64,000 nucleotides of DNA from Saprolegnia diclina VS20 (lineage: Eukaryota): positions 772,954 to 836,953 of the forward strand of contig NW_008246070.1 in the NCBI RefSeq assembly GCF_000281045.1, written 5' to 3'. The translations under genes and the position numbers were made by a program. Below, piece after piece: positions 22,779 to 44,932 of this stretch. The notes beneath the pieces are model-generated. The model did no database searches. It saw nothing but the letters and a program-made list of their open reading frames with translations, and was not told the DNA's origin. The number at the start of each line of letters is the position of its first letter. The first letter of the stretch is position 1.

Positions 22779-23678
22779 CTACTGCACAAGACGCTCGTAG
22801 ACGTAGAACGTGTGCCCCGCATGCCACGAGACGTTGCCCTGTGTGGTGGCCGCGAGGTGAAAGCCGTTGCAGCGCGAGAGGCGGTCGGTGTAGTCGAGGA
22901 CGATGCACGAGGTGAGCTCGAGGAGCTTGCGCGCGAGCTTGGCCCAGAGTGCCGCATCCCAACACTGCGACGCCAGCACCAAGAAGCGCGTGTGGCCAAG
23001 CGACACGGTGAGCATATCGCAGGCTTCGTACGCCACTTGGGGTACGCTTGATGCGAGTTCCCGCGCTTGCTCGACAAGGTACGTGAGAATCTCGACGCCG
23101 CGGACAGGGATATCTGCGAGCAGGGCCGTGTAGAGCACGAGACTCCCAGTCGACGAGCCAAAGACCGTGCAGGCGTCGGGATGCGGCGCGGCGCGGATGC
23201 GGCGGAGCGTCGAAGCGACGACAGGCAGCGTTAGGAGGTCGCGCCATGTCGCAAACGGCGTGGACCCATACGCATACGTAGCGATCGGGTACGTCTCGAG
23301 GGCTTCTTGTGCTGCGAGGAGGCTGCGGTGGAACTCGCGAGTCTCCTCGAGTGCTCGCAGCGCCCGAATGCAGCCGCGCAGCAATGGCTCGTGGGCCGTG
23401 TCCACGCACACACCGTCGACGGCAGCAAGGTCGCACGCCATCTGCTTGTCGCGCTCGTTCTCAAAGAAGGCGGCGCTGGGGCACTTGTGCCGGGTTTGCG
23501 CCTCGAACTCGTCAATAGCGTCGCAAACGAGGGCGTCGCAGGCGGCCATGGTGCGCGCGGAGCTGCCGTTGGGCTGGCGCAGATCGTTGTCGACGCAGGC
23601 GCGCACGTAGCGAATGCATCGAAGCAGCTTGCGCAGCAGCGACGCCATCTCGGGCTGCGCAAAGACGGCGTGGCTCAT
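22779..23678 (-). CDS. Class I SAM-dependent methyltransferase-like protein (DOT1-like layout)
   Basis: YAYGSTP, TVFGSSTGSL (motif I-like), RGVEIL (acidic residue after beta2), YEACDML; intronless 299-aa ORF. Confidence 0.5.
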   Translation of the reverse strand: MSHAVFAQPEMASLLRKLLRCIRYVRACVDNDLRQPNGSSARTMAACDALVCDAIDEFEAQTRHKCPSAAFFENERDKQMACDLAAVDGVCVDTAHEPLLRGCIRALRALEETREFHRSLLAAQEALETYPIATYAYGSTPFATWRDLLTLPVVASTLRRIRAAPHPDACTVFGSSTGSLVLYTALLADIPVRGVEILTYLVEQARELASSVPQVAYEACDMLTVSLGHTRFLVLASQCWDAALWAKLARKLLELTSCIVLDYTDRLSRCNGFHLAATTQGNVSWHAGHTFYVYERLVQ

Positions 23679-23838
23679 GAACTGGAGCTACGCAAGCGTG
23701 TTGGCGTCTGGCAGTAGCATCGACCGTCTACCTGCTGCAGGTGCACTCGGCCGGCGGCAAACATCGCGCAAGATCTCGAACTGTTGTATCCGGAAGCACA
23801 CGCACGCAATTAGTGTTGTGGCCAAAGATCGCAGAACG

Positions 23839-26800
23839 ATGGAGCCCAAGCCGTCCGAGGGCGACGGCGCCAAGACGCTGGCCCGCGCGACCAAGATGGT
23901 GCAGGTAGCGACGACGCGGAAGCATGCGCTCAACCGCACGGACGTCTACAGCCTCCTCCAGGTAAAGACGCCGATGGCGCAGGATGGATCGAAGCAGGTG
24001 CGATAGGACTGCTTCTCGCCCGAGGCGTCCAACGCGCTCAAGATCCTGGGGTACCGCCTGAGCTGCCTCGCGCCGTCGTGCATGTCGACAGAGCTATGGC
24101 AGTTCGTCTTGGAGAGCGCTGTGAAGGAGCTCGCGGGCGCCAGTACGCAGGGCTCGGCCCCGACGCTCGTGCACGTGATTCCCGTGTTTGACGTGCTGCC
24201 GACGACCACGATATTGAGCTTCCTTCAACAAGGCGAAGCAGAGCCTCTCAAGAAGATCCAAGCGTGCGTTGGCCACGAGTCGCTTCTCGTTCGGCAAGTG
24301 GCCCTCGGCACGTTCAGCCGCATGACGATCCTCTGCATCAAAGTGCTCTTTGCGCGCGGCCTTAGCCGGTTCCCGTTCGAGTCGAACGAAGCGCGCATCG
24401 TCGCCCAGCAAGACGTCACATCCATTATCAACGACATGTGGAAGATGAACGTACACGCGGCCGAGGCGGACGCCCCGTCCGTCGCCGCAGCGGCCTTCAC
24501 GAGCCTCGCACACCTCTTTGAGCGTAGCCTCGGTATCCAAGAGGTCACTCACTTGGACCTCGACTTGAACGTACGCCGTCACTACGAATGACGCACGTGT
24601 CATGTCTGTCGTAGCCAGTGCGAGAGGAGCGCGGTCTCGATGAGCTCGTCTCGCTCGTGTACCGCATGGCTGCCCCGCGCTTCGAGTTCCTTCGCGCCAA
24701 CGCCGAGAAGATGCCATTGGAAGGCCAATTGGACGCAATGAAGTGGCTCGCGATGCTCTCCTACATGATGATGCAGCGCAGTGGCGGCGCGACGCCCGGC
24801 CTTGCGATTGCGCTTGTCGAACTGGACACGGGTACGTCCCTCGCTGCATCGATCCACAACGTATACCTACCGACAGGATGCGGCCACGATAACGAGAACG
24901 CGTCGACGGCCAAGGTGCGCGTCGACGTCATGGTCGGCGACATGGTCGATGCGTGGCTCTTACCAGCCTACGGGTGCGCGTTTGCATCTTGCTTGCACCG
25001 TGTTGGACGCCAACGCTAGGAAAGCGTCCCTCTTGCAAGCCTACACCATCGCCCAAGCTGTGCACATCATTATGGCCCACCCGTTGCAAACGTTCTCGCG
25101 GCTCAAGTGGTCGTCGCTGCTCGTCGCTCGCTTGGCGGCGATGACGCAAGCCGTGTCATCGGCGGCCATGGCGTCGAGCGTGCAAGACCGCGAACACATG
25201 CTGCGTCTCCAAATTGCGCTCCTTCCATCGACCAACACGTACGACTGCCTCCAAGCGCTGCAGCCAACGATGATGTCGATCGTCAGCATCGACGCCTCTG
25301 CGTACGTGCCTCTACGATCGCCTTCGCGGCTGATTTCTTGTCTGCAGGCACCGGCAGCACTTTTTTGCCGACGTCTGGCGCGCCATTGTGCCCCGCTTGT
25401 GTCGCAACGGCCAGCTCCCGCTTCTCGAAGCGCTGTGCGCAAGTCCGCTCTTCCACGGCTGCGCCTTCTTCCTCGTACACGCGATGCAAAAGGAGGAGGA
25501 CTGCTCATAGCAGCATAGGCATCGGGCACCAAGAGCCACGCGTCGTGTCCGGTTCAGCAAACGTCCTACGAACTGTTCAAGGCTCTTGTTGAGAGTCTCT
25601 TGACGTCGGCAGAGACGCTGGCAGCGCAATGGGTCGTACTCAAGCAGTTTGCGCCCATCTTGTCGAGCAAAACGACGTCGGAGCTCCGGCACGCGACGCT
25701 ACTGCTGTACACGTGCCTCCTCACGCATGCGTGCAGCCTCTCGCGTGACGCGTCGTCCGTCACGTTTCTCCACAAGTTTGTCGAGCCGTTGGCGTTAAAG
25801 AGCTTGCCGTACCCCAACGTACGCGTCCAGCTCTACTGGCTCTGCTTCAAAGTGCTGCCGCCGAAGACGACCAGCGACATCTTTCTCGCTTGGGTCACGG
25901 CCGAGCTCGACCACATGGAAGCTCACAAGGTAGTACATGCACGACGCAGGTGCGCGACGATGCGCGTTGCATAGGATGCCGATGCGCCGCCGCCCATCGC
26001 ACTGAGCAACGACGGGCTACTGGGCCATCCGCCGACGGGCCGACGACCGCTTGCGACGCACGATCTGGCTCGTTTCTTTGCCCTCATCCTCTCGTTGAAA
26101 GCTCTCTTGGCCCGAGAGCCCGCGTTCAGCCAAGAGGTCCTCCAGGTTCTCGGTCGCGTGCGCCAGCGCCACGCCACGCACCGCGTCATTTGCGCAACGT
26201 ACGTGGCTGCGTCGTTGAATCGGCACAGGTTATGCAGATGGTGTGTAGAGTGGACCAAGCGATGGAGGACGTTTCGAGCTCGTCAGCGCGACCCCGTGAC
26301 CTCGACGCCCTGCCCGTGTGCATTTTGCCTGATCTCTTTAGCGTGTCGGCCACATTTCCGCAAGTCTCGTCGACAGGTTTGCGTCGCACCGTTTGGCATT
26401 TGATGCAGTTTGAGTTTAGGCGTGCGTCGTCACCACGCGCCGTCCTCGAGCAGCGTCGGCACCGTCGTCTCGGGGCCCATGGATCCGCTCTGCCTTCAAA
26501 TCTCGTTCCGCGAACCGTCGGAAGCGCCCGAGCTCGTGGCGCTCGGCATCACGATCGTAAATGCGAGTTCGATCGCGTTTTCCAACTTTAGGTCGACCAC
26601 TTGCGTGAGAGCTGCATGCTCACAGGCGTTCTTGTAGCATTCTCGTTGGCGCCAACGGACCCGTGCGATCGATGGGGACAGCCGATAGCACCCTCGTGCG
26701 CGTCACTGACGAGCTCAAGCAAAGCGGCAGCATCACTTCGGAGAAGGTGTTTCAGTTCCAGTACTTTGGCCGCGCCCAATTCACCTTCCGCGTCGTCTAC

Positions 26801-27568
26801 GAAGGTAGATGTATCGTCATCGCGGGGGCTGAGCACCTCTCGTAGGCGAGACTCCGCTGCGCATGGGCCTCAGCGACGCCTACGCCATGCCTTTGGAAGC
26901 GCTTTTGCAACGCCCGAGCTCGCGCGACGCGGCGGCTTTCCAGTCGCACTGGCAATCGTACGCGTCTACCTCGCACGGTATTAGCATCTAAGGACTTGCC
27001 AACTGCTAGTGCGGTAGCCAACCGCGTCTACAACGTCACTGCGTCCTCGACCTTGGCGGTGCACGACCTCATTGATGCGCACGACAAGATCGAGCGCATT
27101 GACGGGCTCGACCTCGTGACCCCCGAGTGGGCTCAAGTACGTCCCGGAGTGTGGGAAGGGTGCTAGAGAGTCGTAGTTTCACTTTCTCACGACGACCAAG
27201 TGGAAACAAAACGTTCTTCTCGTGCTCTCTGCAGCGCGGGACGACGGCTGGCACGGCACGTGGGAGGTACGGGGACCCTCGTTAGTGGTTGCCGAGCTCG
27301 ACAAGAGCCCCGCTGAGCTTTTGCGTTTGCTGTCATCCAGCCTCGACGTTGCCGCGGTCGCAGTGCCCGAGAAGCGGCCAGCAGCAACGAGTCCTCGCCA
27401 CGGTAAGCTTGCGACCATCTCGATACTGCAGGCGCCAACGCCGTGCTAGGCAAAACCAAGGACCCCCTCTCGCCATCAAATGCCGGCGGCCGCGACCAAG
27501 TCCGTGACAGCACGCCGACGACGACGCGGCGAGCGCTCATGAGCTTCTTTGGCGCCAAAGCCCAGTAG
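23839..27568 (+). CDS. Large helical-solenoid protein with a beta-type appendage; TPLATE (TSET complex) / beta-COP-like coat subunit; many introns
   Basis: Spliced C-terminus VSGPMDPLCL..LGITIVNAS..FS/ILVGANGPVRSMG..FQYFGRAQFTFRVVYE..AYAMPLEALL..AFQSHWQS..FHFLTTTKW matches my recollection of the TPLATE/beta-COP appendage pattern. Leu-rich HEAT-like trunk upstream. Confidence 0.6.
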
Positions 27569-27618
27569 CGAAGATATATATGAATTGAATCAATATACAG
27601 TCTCTGCTTGGAAGGAGC

Positions 27619-28340
27619 TTATCGCTGCAGCATCGCTTGGGCCGTGTACTTGAGACCGACGTTGGCGAATGGTTGTTTCTTCTCGTCGGCTGCGGCCTTG
27701 CGGGCTTGGAGCTCCGCGGTCCGTGCTGCCCAGTACGCCTAGTAAGCTCATTTGGCACCGACTCGTTGGAGCAGAGCGAACCTCCTTGTCGCGTTGCTTT
27801 TGCTTTTCGAGCTCGTCGTGGAGATTGCCGGCAACGGGCTCGCGGCCATCGATGAGCTCCCGAAGCGTTTGCACCTACGACAGAACCTTCGTGAATATTG
27901 GGATATTGTACTACATGGCATGCGCAGCAGCACCCAGAGGTCGCGCAGCTCGATCTGCGTCGCTTCGAGCTCAACGAGCTTGGCGCCGTCCGCCGCAAAG
28001 AGAACGATGAGGTGCTCGCCGCTGGCATGCACGTTGGCAATGGACGAGAGCGGTACGGAGCTGGGTTCTTTCTTCTTGCCCAAGCGCAGCGTGGCCGACG
28101 ACGACGACGTCTCGTAGCTCCTGAGCTCGAGGCTAGCCCAGTGGCATGAGCCAACGCGCTCGTTCCTGGCAGGCCGAAGTACCAGGAGGCGTCCGAGCTG
28201 AGTGCGACGTGCACCTTCTCGGCCGTCGGCAAGAGCCCGAGGAAGGACGCGGCCTTGCGCCGAAAGACGTGGCCCTCCTGCAGTAGCGCCTGGCGCTGGC
28301 GCTGCTCAAACGACGCGTCGCCGCAGCAGTTGTTGCCCAT
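27619..28340 (-). CDS. Small PH-like domain protein with predicted N-myristoylation and palmitoylation
   Basis: MGNNCCG start; LQEGHVFRRK..VHVALS..VPLSSIANV..LVELEATQIELRDLWV PH-like strand/helix pattern; C-terminal coil; 3 short introns. Confidence 0.6.
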
Positions 28341-28440
28341 AATTTGTCGAATAAATACTGAAAACCGACAAGAGCGATATGCGCGCGCAAGTTGAGTTTG
28401 AGTTTGACGCGCAGATTCGAATTTGCCGGCAAGTACAAAG

Positions 28441-29709
28441 ATGAAGCTCACAGCGTGCTTCGCGGTCCTCGGATGGGCCCTCGCCATGGAGCTCCTCGAC
28501 TGCGGGCCGACGACGCCACCGACGGCTGGCTGCAGCTGCCGGCCGACGACGACGACCCTCGCGCCGACGACCGATCTGCCGCCCCTCCCGGCGCCGGGAG
28601 CGACGACGGCTCCCCCACGCTCGCCCTTGCCAGCGCCCGGAGCGACGACCGCGGTCCTGACTATCCCGACGCATGGAGGAACACCCACATCAAACACATC
28701 GTCGAGCTCGGTGAATGCTACGACACCGATCCCTCGACCCGCGACGACGAACGCATCGACGAGCCCTGGACCATCCACAGCGCAACCAACGCGAGTTCGG
28801 ACGAAGACACCGACGCCGGGCTCGACGAACTCGTCGACAACGACAACGGGACACACGAGCCCGGTTCCCCTCACGACGAGCACGATGAGCGCTAGTCCGA
28901 CACCTTCGACATCACCATCGGTGACCCCGAGCATGCAACACACGACGACCGTGAACCTCACGTCGACACCCTTCATGACGGCAAACTCGACCTCTCCAGG
29001 AGCCACCTCCAAGAGTCCGACGTCGATGCCTGTCTCGATCGCCCCGAGTCTGCCAAACACAACGACTCCGACGACGATGAACCCCGGATCGACGTCGAGC
29101 TCGCCTCGTCCGAACATGAATGACTCGATGGCGCCTACGTCGCTCCCTGTCTCTTCCTCCGAGCTCCCCGTCACGAAGACCAATGTGTCCACGGCGACCT
29201 CTGCACCAACGACGTCGGTTCCGGCTCCACCTTCAAGCACGACAGCCCCTGCGGTCAGCCCCATCGCAACGTCATCGCCGCCGAGCTCGCCGTCTCCGAC
29301 ACCTAGCGCGGTTACTACGATGAGCACAACCGTAGCGCCGACGCCGAACCAGCCGATGCAAACCAGTAGCGCGCCTTCAACGGTCGACATGACACCCGCG
29401 GCGACGACCGCGAGCCAAGGCAACGCGACAACGCCCATGCCGACGGCGTCTGCGGCTTCCGCTCCGACGCCAGCAACGTCGACGACTGCAGCTCCGGCGA
29501 ATGCTGCCACGACACAGCAGGGCTTGACGACAACAGCATCCGTGATTGGACCGTCGCCTGTCCCTTCCACACTGGCCTCAGAGTATCCATCGTCTGGTCC
29601 GATCAATCCCGCGTCGACGTCCCCACAACCGAGCTCTTCAACCTCGTCGGCGCCCCAACCGCCTGCCTCGACGACGCCACCTGGAAGCAACCCCACCAAT
29701 CACTTCTAG
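28441..29709 (+). CDS. Secreted mucin-like Thr/Ser/Pro-rich protein
   Basis: Signal peptide MKLTACFAVLGWALA, short Cys-containing N-terminus, about 400 aa T/S/P-rich, duplicated LPAPGATT, no hydrophobic C-terminal anchor. Confidence 0.85.
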   Translation: MKLTACFAVLGWALAMELLDCGPTTPPTAGCSCRPTTTTLAPTTDLPPLPAPGATTAPPRSPLPAPGATTAVLTIPTHGGTPTSNTSSSSVNATTPIPRPATTNASTSPGPSTAQPTRVRTKTPTPGSTNSSTTTTGHTSPVPLTTSTMSASPTPSTSPSVTPSMQHTTTVNLTSTPFMTANSTSPGATSKSPTSMPVSIAPSLPNTTTPTTMNPGSTSSSPRPNMNDSMAPTSLPVSSSELPVTKTNVSTATSAPTTSVPAPPSSTTAPAVSPIATSSPPSSPSPTPSAVTTMSTTVAPTPNQPMQTSSAPSTVDMTPAATTASQGNATTPMPTASAASAPTPATSTTAAPANAATTQQGLTTTASVIGPSPVPSTLASEYPSSGPINPASTSPQPSSSTSSAPQPPASTTPPGSNPTNHF

Positions 29710-29778
29710 TGGTCTCATTTAAGACGCAGAAACACGTTGTGCGTTGGACTATTCGTTTTGAGCGACCGCCGATGTTGC

Positions 29779-31548
29779 TTATACATGCTGGTCCGTGCCA
29801 TAGGACGCCGAGACGCGGACGCGGAGGTTGACGGCCGTGGCGCCCCGCATCGGAGGCGTCGTTGGCGTCCAGCCGCTTACGATAGCTTCGATCTCCTGTA
29901 GGGACCGGCCACACGTCTCGGGCACACAAAAGAGCGTCAGGAGCAGCGCGAGGAAGTTCACGGCCGCCATGGCCACGACGCTGCCTTGAAACATCTGCAC
30001 CGAGTTGGCGATGACGCTGGAGCGCAGACCATCGAGGACATAGGCCGTCACGAGAGCAGTGAGTGACGCAAGGAGCACGACCACGCTCATGCCTGCGATA
30101 CGCCGGCGCGCCGGGAAAAGCTCACTTGCAAGGACGAGCGGCGTGACGCCAAGACCAATGTAGTGGCCTGCGGTCATGAGCAGCAGGAGCGCCGACCCCG
30201 GCTCCGTAACGTTGAGCGTGTCATCGGGCCCGGCTTGAATACGCAACCCGAGGAGAAGACAAGCCGTGAGGATCACGATGAAGGCGCCGACCTTGAGGCA
30301 CCAGATGCGGCCTTGAGCATCGATGAGCACTGTGGCCGTGAGAACGCCGACAGCAGCAGCCCCCGTGGCTGCACAACTGAGCAGCATTTGGTGCAGGTCG
30401 TTGACGTTAAGCCCGATGCCGAGGACACCAAACGCGTAGGCGCGCGACGAGGTAGGGTACAACGTCGGTACAATCAGCGACGACGCAATCGACGAGAGGA
30501 CAAAGAGCGCCGCGACGAGCGCGAGGGGCCGGCCAAAGCCGCGCTGGAGGCTCTTGGGACCCGCGTGGGCCGAGAGCACGTCCGCATGCAGGATCGAGTT
30601 GACGCGGACTTCAGCCCGGGACTGCACAAGCGCGTCCGACTGCAAGAGCCGTGTGCAGACGTTGAAGGCCGTAACACGGTCGTTATGGCGTAGGAGGAGC
30701 CATGACGGCGAGTCGGGCACGAACTGCATGCAGATGAGGAGAAGGAGCCCGGGGATGACGCCGAGGGTCGCCATGATCTTCCACTCGCTCAAGTTGAAGC
30801 CGACGTAGATGCTGCTGAGGTAAATGAGCACTTGGCCCAAAATCAAATAGAGAAAGCGACCGACAAGTCCGAGAAATGTGCAGAGGCAGAGCACGCGGCC
30901 ACGACTGTCGTCCTCTGCGAGTTCGCCGAGGAAGACAGGCACGACGATCGTAAAGATAGACACGGCCATACCAAGGCAATAACGTCCAATGAGTAGCGTG
31001 ACTTGGCCAAAGGCCACGCCGACAAAGAGCCATCCGAGCACATACGGGATCGCCGCGAGCTCGATCATGGTCGCGCGCCCGAGGTTGTCGGCGAGCTTGA
31101 ACGTGCAGAGCGCCCCGAGGAGCATGCCAAGCGCGAGCATTTGCTCAAAGAAGAAGGCGGCGTGGTTCACACGGCCCTCAAACATGTCGACTTGAATGTT
31201 GTAGAGGCGCGTGGGCGACAGCGGGTATTGGTAAACCCATTCGTTGCAGACCCACGCGCTCGAGAGGATGACCACGAGCAAGTAGAAGTACGCGCTGTAG
31301 CGCACCGAGCTGGACTTGGTGTCGACGACGCGGGCGGGCTGCCTAGTATGGTCGTGAGTGGCTAACCTAGCAGCGTGCCCGTACCTCGTGTTGATGGGCG
31401 TCGTCTCAGTGGCGTCGTCAGTGTCTGAGCCGGCCGAGTACGAGCGCCGGGGCGGCGCGGACCGGATGTACGTGTGCGGCAGGAACGAGAAGTCGCTCCG
31501 GCTCGGGTTGCGCATCGCATGGAGCACCTGCTGCCACGACGTGCTCAT
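29779..31548 (-). CDS. MFS sugar-porter family transporter
   Basis: About 12 hydrophobic segments; ADNLGR, GR..G, PVFLGELA..RG, PDSPSWL, ID..GR, SELFP, PETCGRSLQEIE. Confidence 0.88.
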   Translation of the reverse strand: MSTSWQQVLHAMRNPSRSDFSFLPHTYIRSAPPRRSYSAGSDTDDATETTPINTRYGHAARLATHDHTRQPARVVDTKSSSVRYSAYFYLLVVILSSAWVCNEWVYQYPLSPTRLYNIQVDMFEGRVNHAAFFFEQMLALGMLLGALCTFKLADNLGRATMIELAAIPYVLGWLFVGVAFGQVTLLIGRYCLGMAVSIFTIVVPVFLGELAEDDSRGRVLCLCTFLGLVGRFLYLILGQVLIYLSSIYVGFNLSEWKIMATLGVIPGLLLLICMQFVPDSPSWLLLRHNDRVTAFNVCTRLLQSDALVQSRAEVRVNSILHADVLSAHAGPKSLQRGFGRPLALVAALFVLSSIASSLIVPTLYPTSSRAYAFGVLGIGLNVNDLHQMLLSCAATGAAAVGVLTATVLIDAQGRIWCLKVGAFIVILTACLLLGLRIQAGPDDTLNVTEPGSALLLLMTAGHYIGLGVTPLVLASELFPARRRIAGMSVVVLLASLTALVTAYVLDGLRSSVIANSVQMFQGSVVAMAAVNFLALLLTLFCVPETCGRSLQEIEAIVSGWTPTTPPMRGATAVNLRVRVSASYGTDQHV

Positions 31549-31985
31549 CGCCGCTCGCCGAGGAAGAGGCAGGATGAAAGCACGCCACGTGCTCGCCGAT
31601 TGGCTTGTTATAACCAATCAAATCGCTTTAAAGATGCTTGCAGTGGGCTTGCACAGCTGCATTTTAGCCAATGACTGGGCATCATCGGTGCCAACCCTAT
31701 GCGTCGGCAGCCCCGCTACGAAGACCTGTCCTCGAGGACATGGTCACTTGAGGGCATTGAAGTTGCCAGCAGTTTCAGTATGCGTTCATCGTCAAACAAC
31801 GAGCCTCGGAGCTCTCGGAGCCTCTGCATCTGAGCGCAGGGTGATATGTCTGTGACAGCCAGGCGTACTTACGAGAGCATCACACAGTATTACTGGATTT
31901 TATGATAAATACTGTGCTTCTTCATCGAACACTAATACGGTTTAATCTTGGGATCCGAAATAGCCTTACGGTATTTTCGGCATCG

Positions 31986-33147
31986 ATGGCGTTCCAGCGG
32001 GACGTGCTGCCGCTGCAGCAACTCGTGCTCAAGTACCTCTCCAAGCGGTATGCGCCCGAGATCATTAGCGACGCGAGCCTCGAGCGCGCGCACAAGATCG
32101 CGGACCCCGCGCGGACCAAGACGCACAAGGCCAAGCAGGAGCTCATCCGCGCTGTGCTGCAGACCGGCCGCTTTGGCGACGAGACGCTCCCGACAAGCTT
32201 CTTCCATCCGAGCTTGACCAAGATCGAGATCAATGGCGCGCGCATCTCAACGCCGTTCATTGAGCGCATGGCGCGCGTCTGCACCAAGCTGCACGTGGTC
32301 AACTTTTCGGGCTGCTTCCGCCTCACCGACGCTTCCATGCGCGTGCTCCTCTCGCACTGCAGCGACATCAAGGAGCTCAACATTGAGAACTGCCGCAAGC
32401 TCACGGACGATACACTGCGCGCTCTCATTGAGATGTGCCCAAAGCTCCACAGCATTGACATTGGCGGCAACACCAACATGACGCTCGATGGCATCACCGC
32501 CTTCGTCGAGAAGCATCCGAACCACTCCAAGTTTCTCAAACTGCACATCTCGGGCCACGCCGTGACCGACCAGTACTTATCCACGCCCTCCAAATGCACT
32601 GGCTTATACTCCCTCGTCGTAGCACGCTCAAGATCGTTGCCGCCAAGTGCAGAAAGCTGCAGAGCATCAGCGTCGGCTACTGCGGCGTCTCGGACGACGC
32701 GCTCATTGCGCTCCTCCAGCGAAGAGAGTCGCTCGTGAAGCTGCATTTGCACTGGAACACACGCATCACGTACCTTGCTACGATGGCCAGCCGCGTCTTA
32801 CAATGCCGTAGGGACCGTCTTCTCGACCACCTCGCCCGGCACTGTGCCAACCTCCAGGAACTTGACATTTGCGGTGTCAAGACCGTGACCAACGACGTAC
32901 ACGCTTGTCGACCCAAAGCTCGTCTTGATGCGTAGTGCTGTGTAGGCCATTTACGCCTTTCTGCTCGCCAAGATGGACAACGACGGCCAGCGCGACGCCA
33001 AGCGCCTCAAGCGCGTCGACTTCAAGTACACCAAGTACGATGTAGTTGTTGTTGGTACCTATTTTGCTTATTGATGCGACTAGTGTCTCCAAGGAGGTGC
33101 TCGCCCACACCCACGAGATGTACCCCGACCTCGAAGTCGTTTCGTAA
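31986..33147 (+). CDS. Leucine-rich repeat protein (cysteine-containing LRR, FBXL/AMN1-like)
   Basis: Repeats [68 protein letters not shown]; 4 introns. Confidence 0.82.
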
Positions 33148-33150
33148 TCA

Positions 33151-44658
<11,508 letters not shown>

Positions 44659-44678
44659 CACGAGCTTGAGCTTTTGGC

Positions 44679-44690
44679 AAGAATGAGGCC
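44679..44690 (-). promoter_or_regulatory. Oomycete initiator-like motif (CTCATTC) upstream of the HECT gene
   Basis: Minus strand GGCCTCATTCTT about 25 nt before the ATG, preceded by an AT-rich tract; resembles the oomycete Inr core YCATTYY. Confidence 0.45.
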
Positions 44691-44932
44691 GGCGACGTTT
44701 TTATTTATTAAAATTGGCACTTGATATCTGCGTTTTTATAGTCGGATCCGCGCAATCGAATACGAGAGGACCTGGGTGGGCGCCCTCTGCCCACGCTACA
44801 CGCGCTATGCGCGAGGAGGGCGCTGTCGCCGTCGCAACGTGCGCGTGAGTGGAAGCGCCTGCGGAGTCGCCATCTAAAATACGGAATTATAGTGTATTTT
44901 ACGGCAATTTATGGGATTTTCGAATGGCACTG

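Noticed and set aside
27537..29699. 720-aa minus-strand Val/Gly-rich ORF
   Set aside because: Antisense shadow of the Thr/Pro-rich mucin; only its MGNNCC portion belongs to a real gene
44745..44875. GC-rich island with self-complementary segments between the ABCC and HECT genes
   Set aside because: Short stems are expected at this GC content and no RNA-family motif was recognised; may be UTR or a small terminal exon
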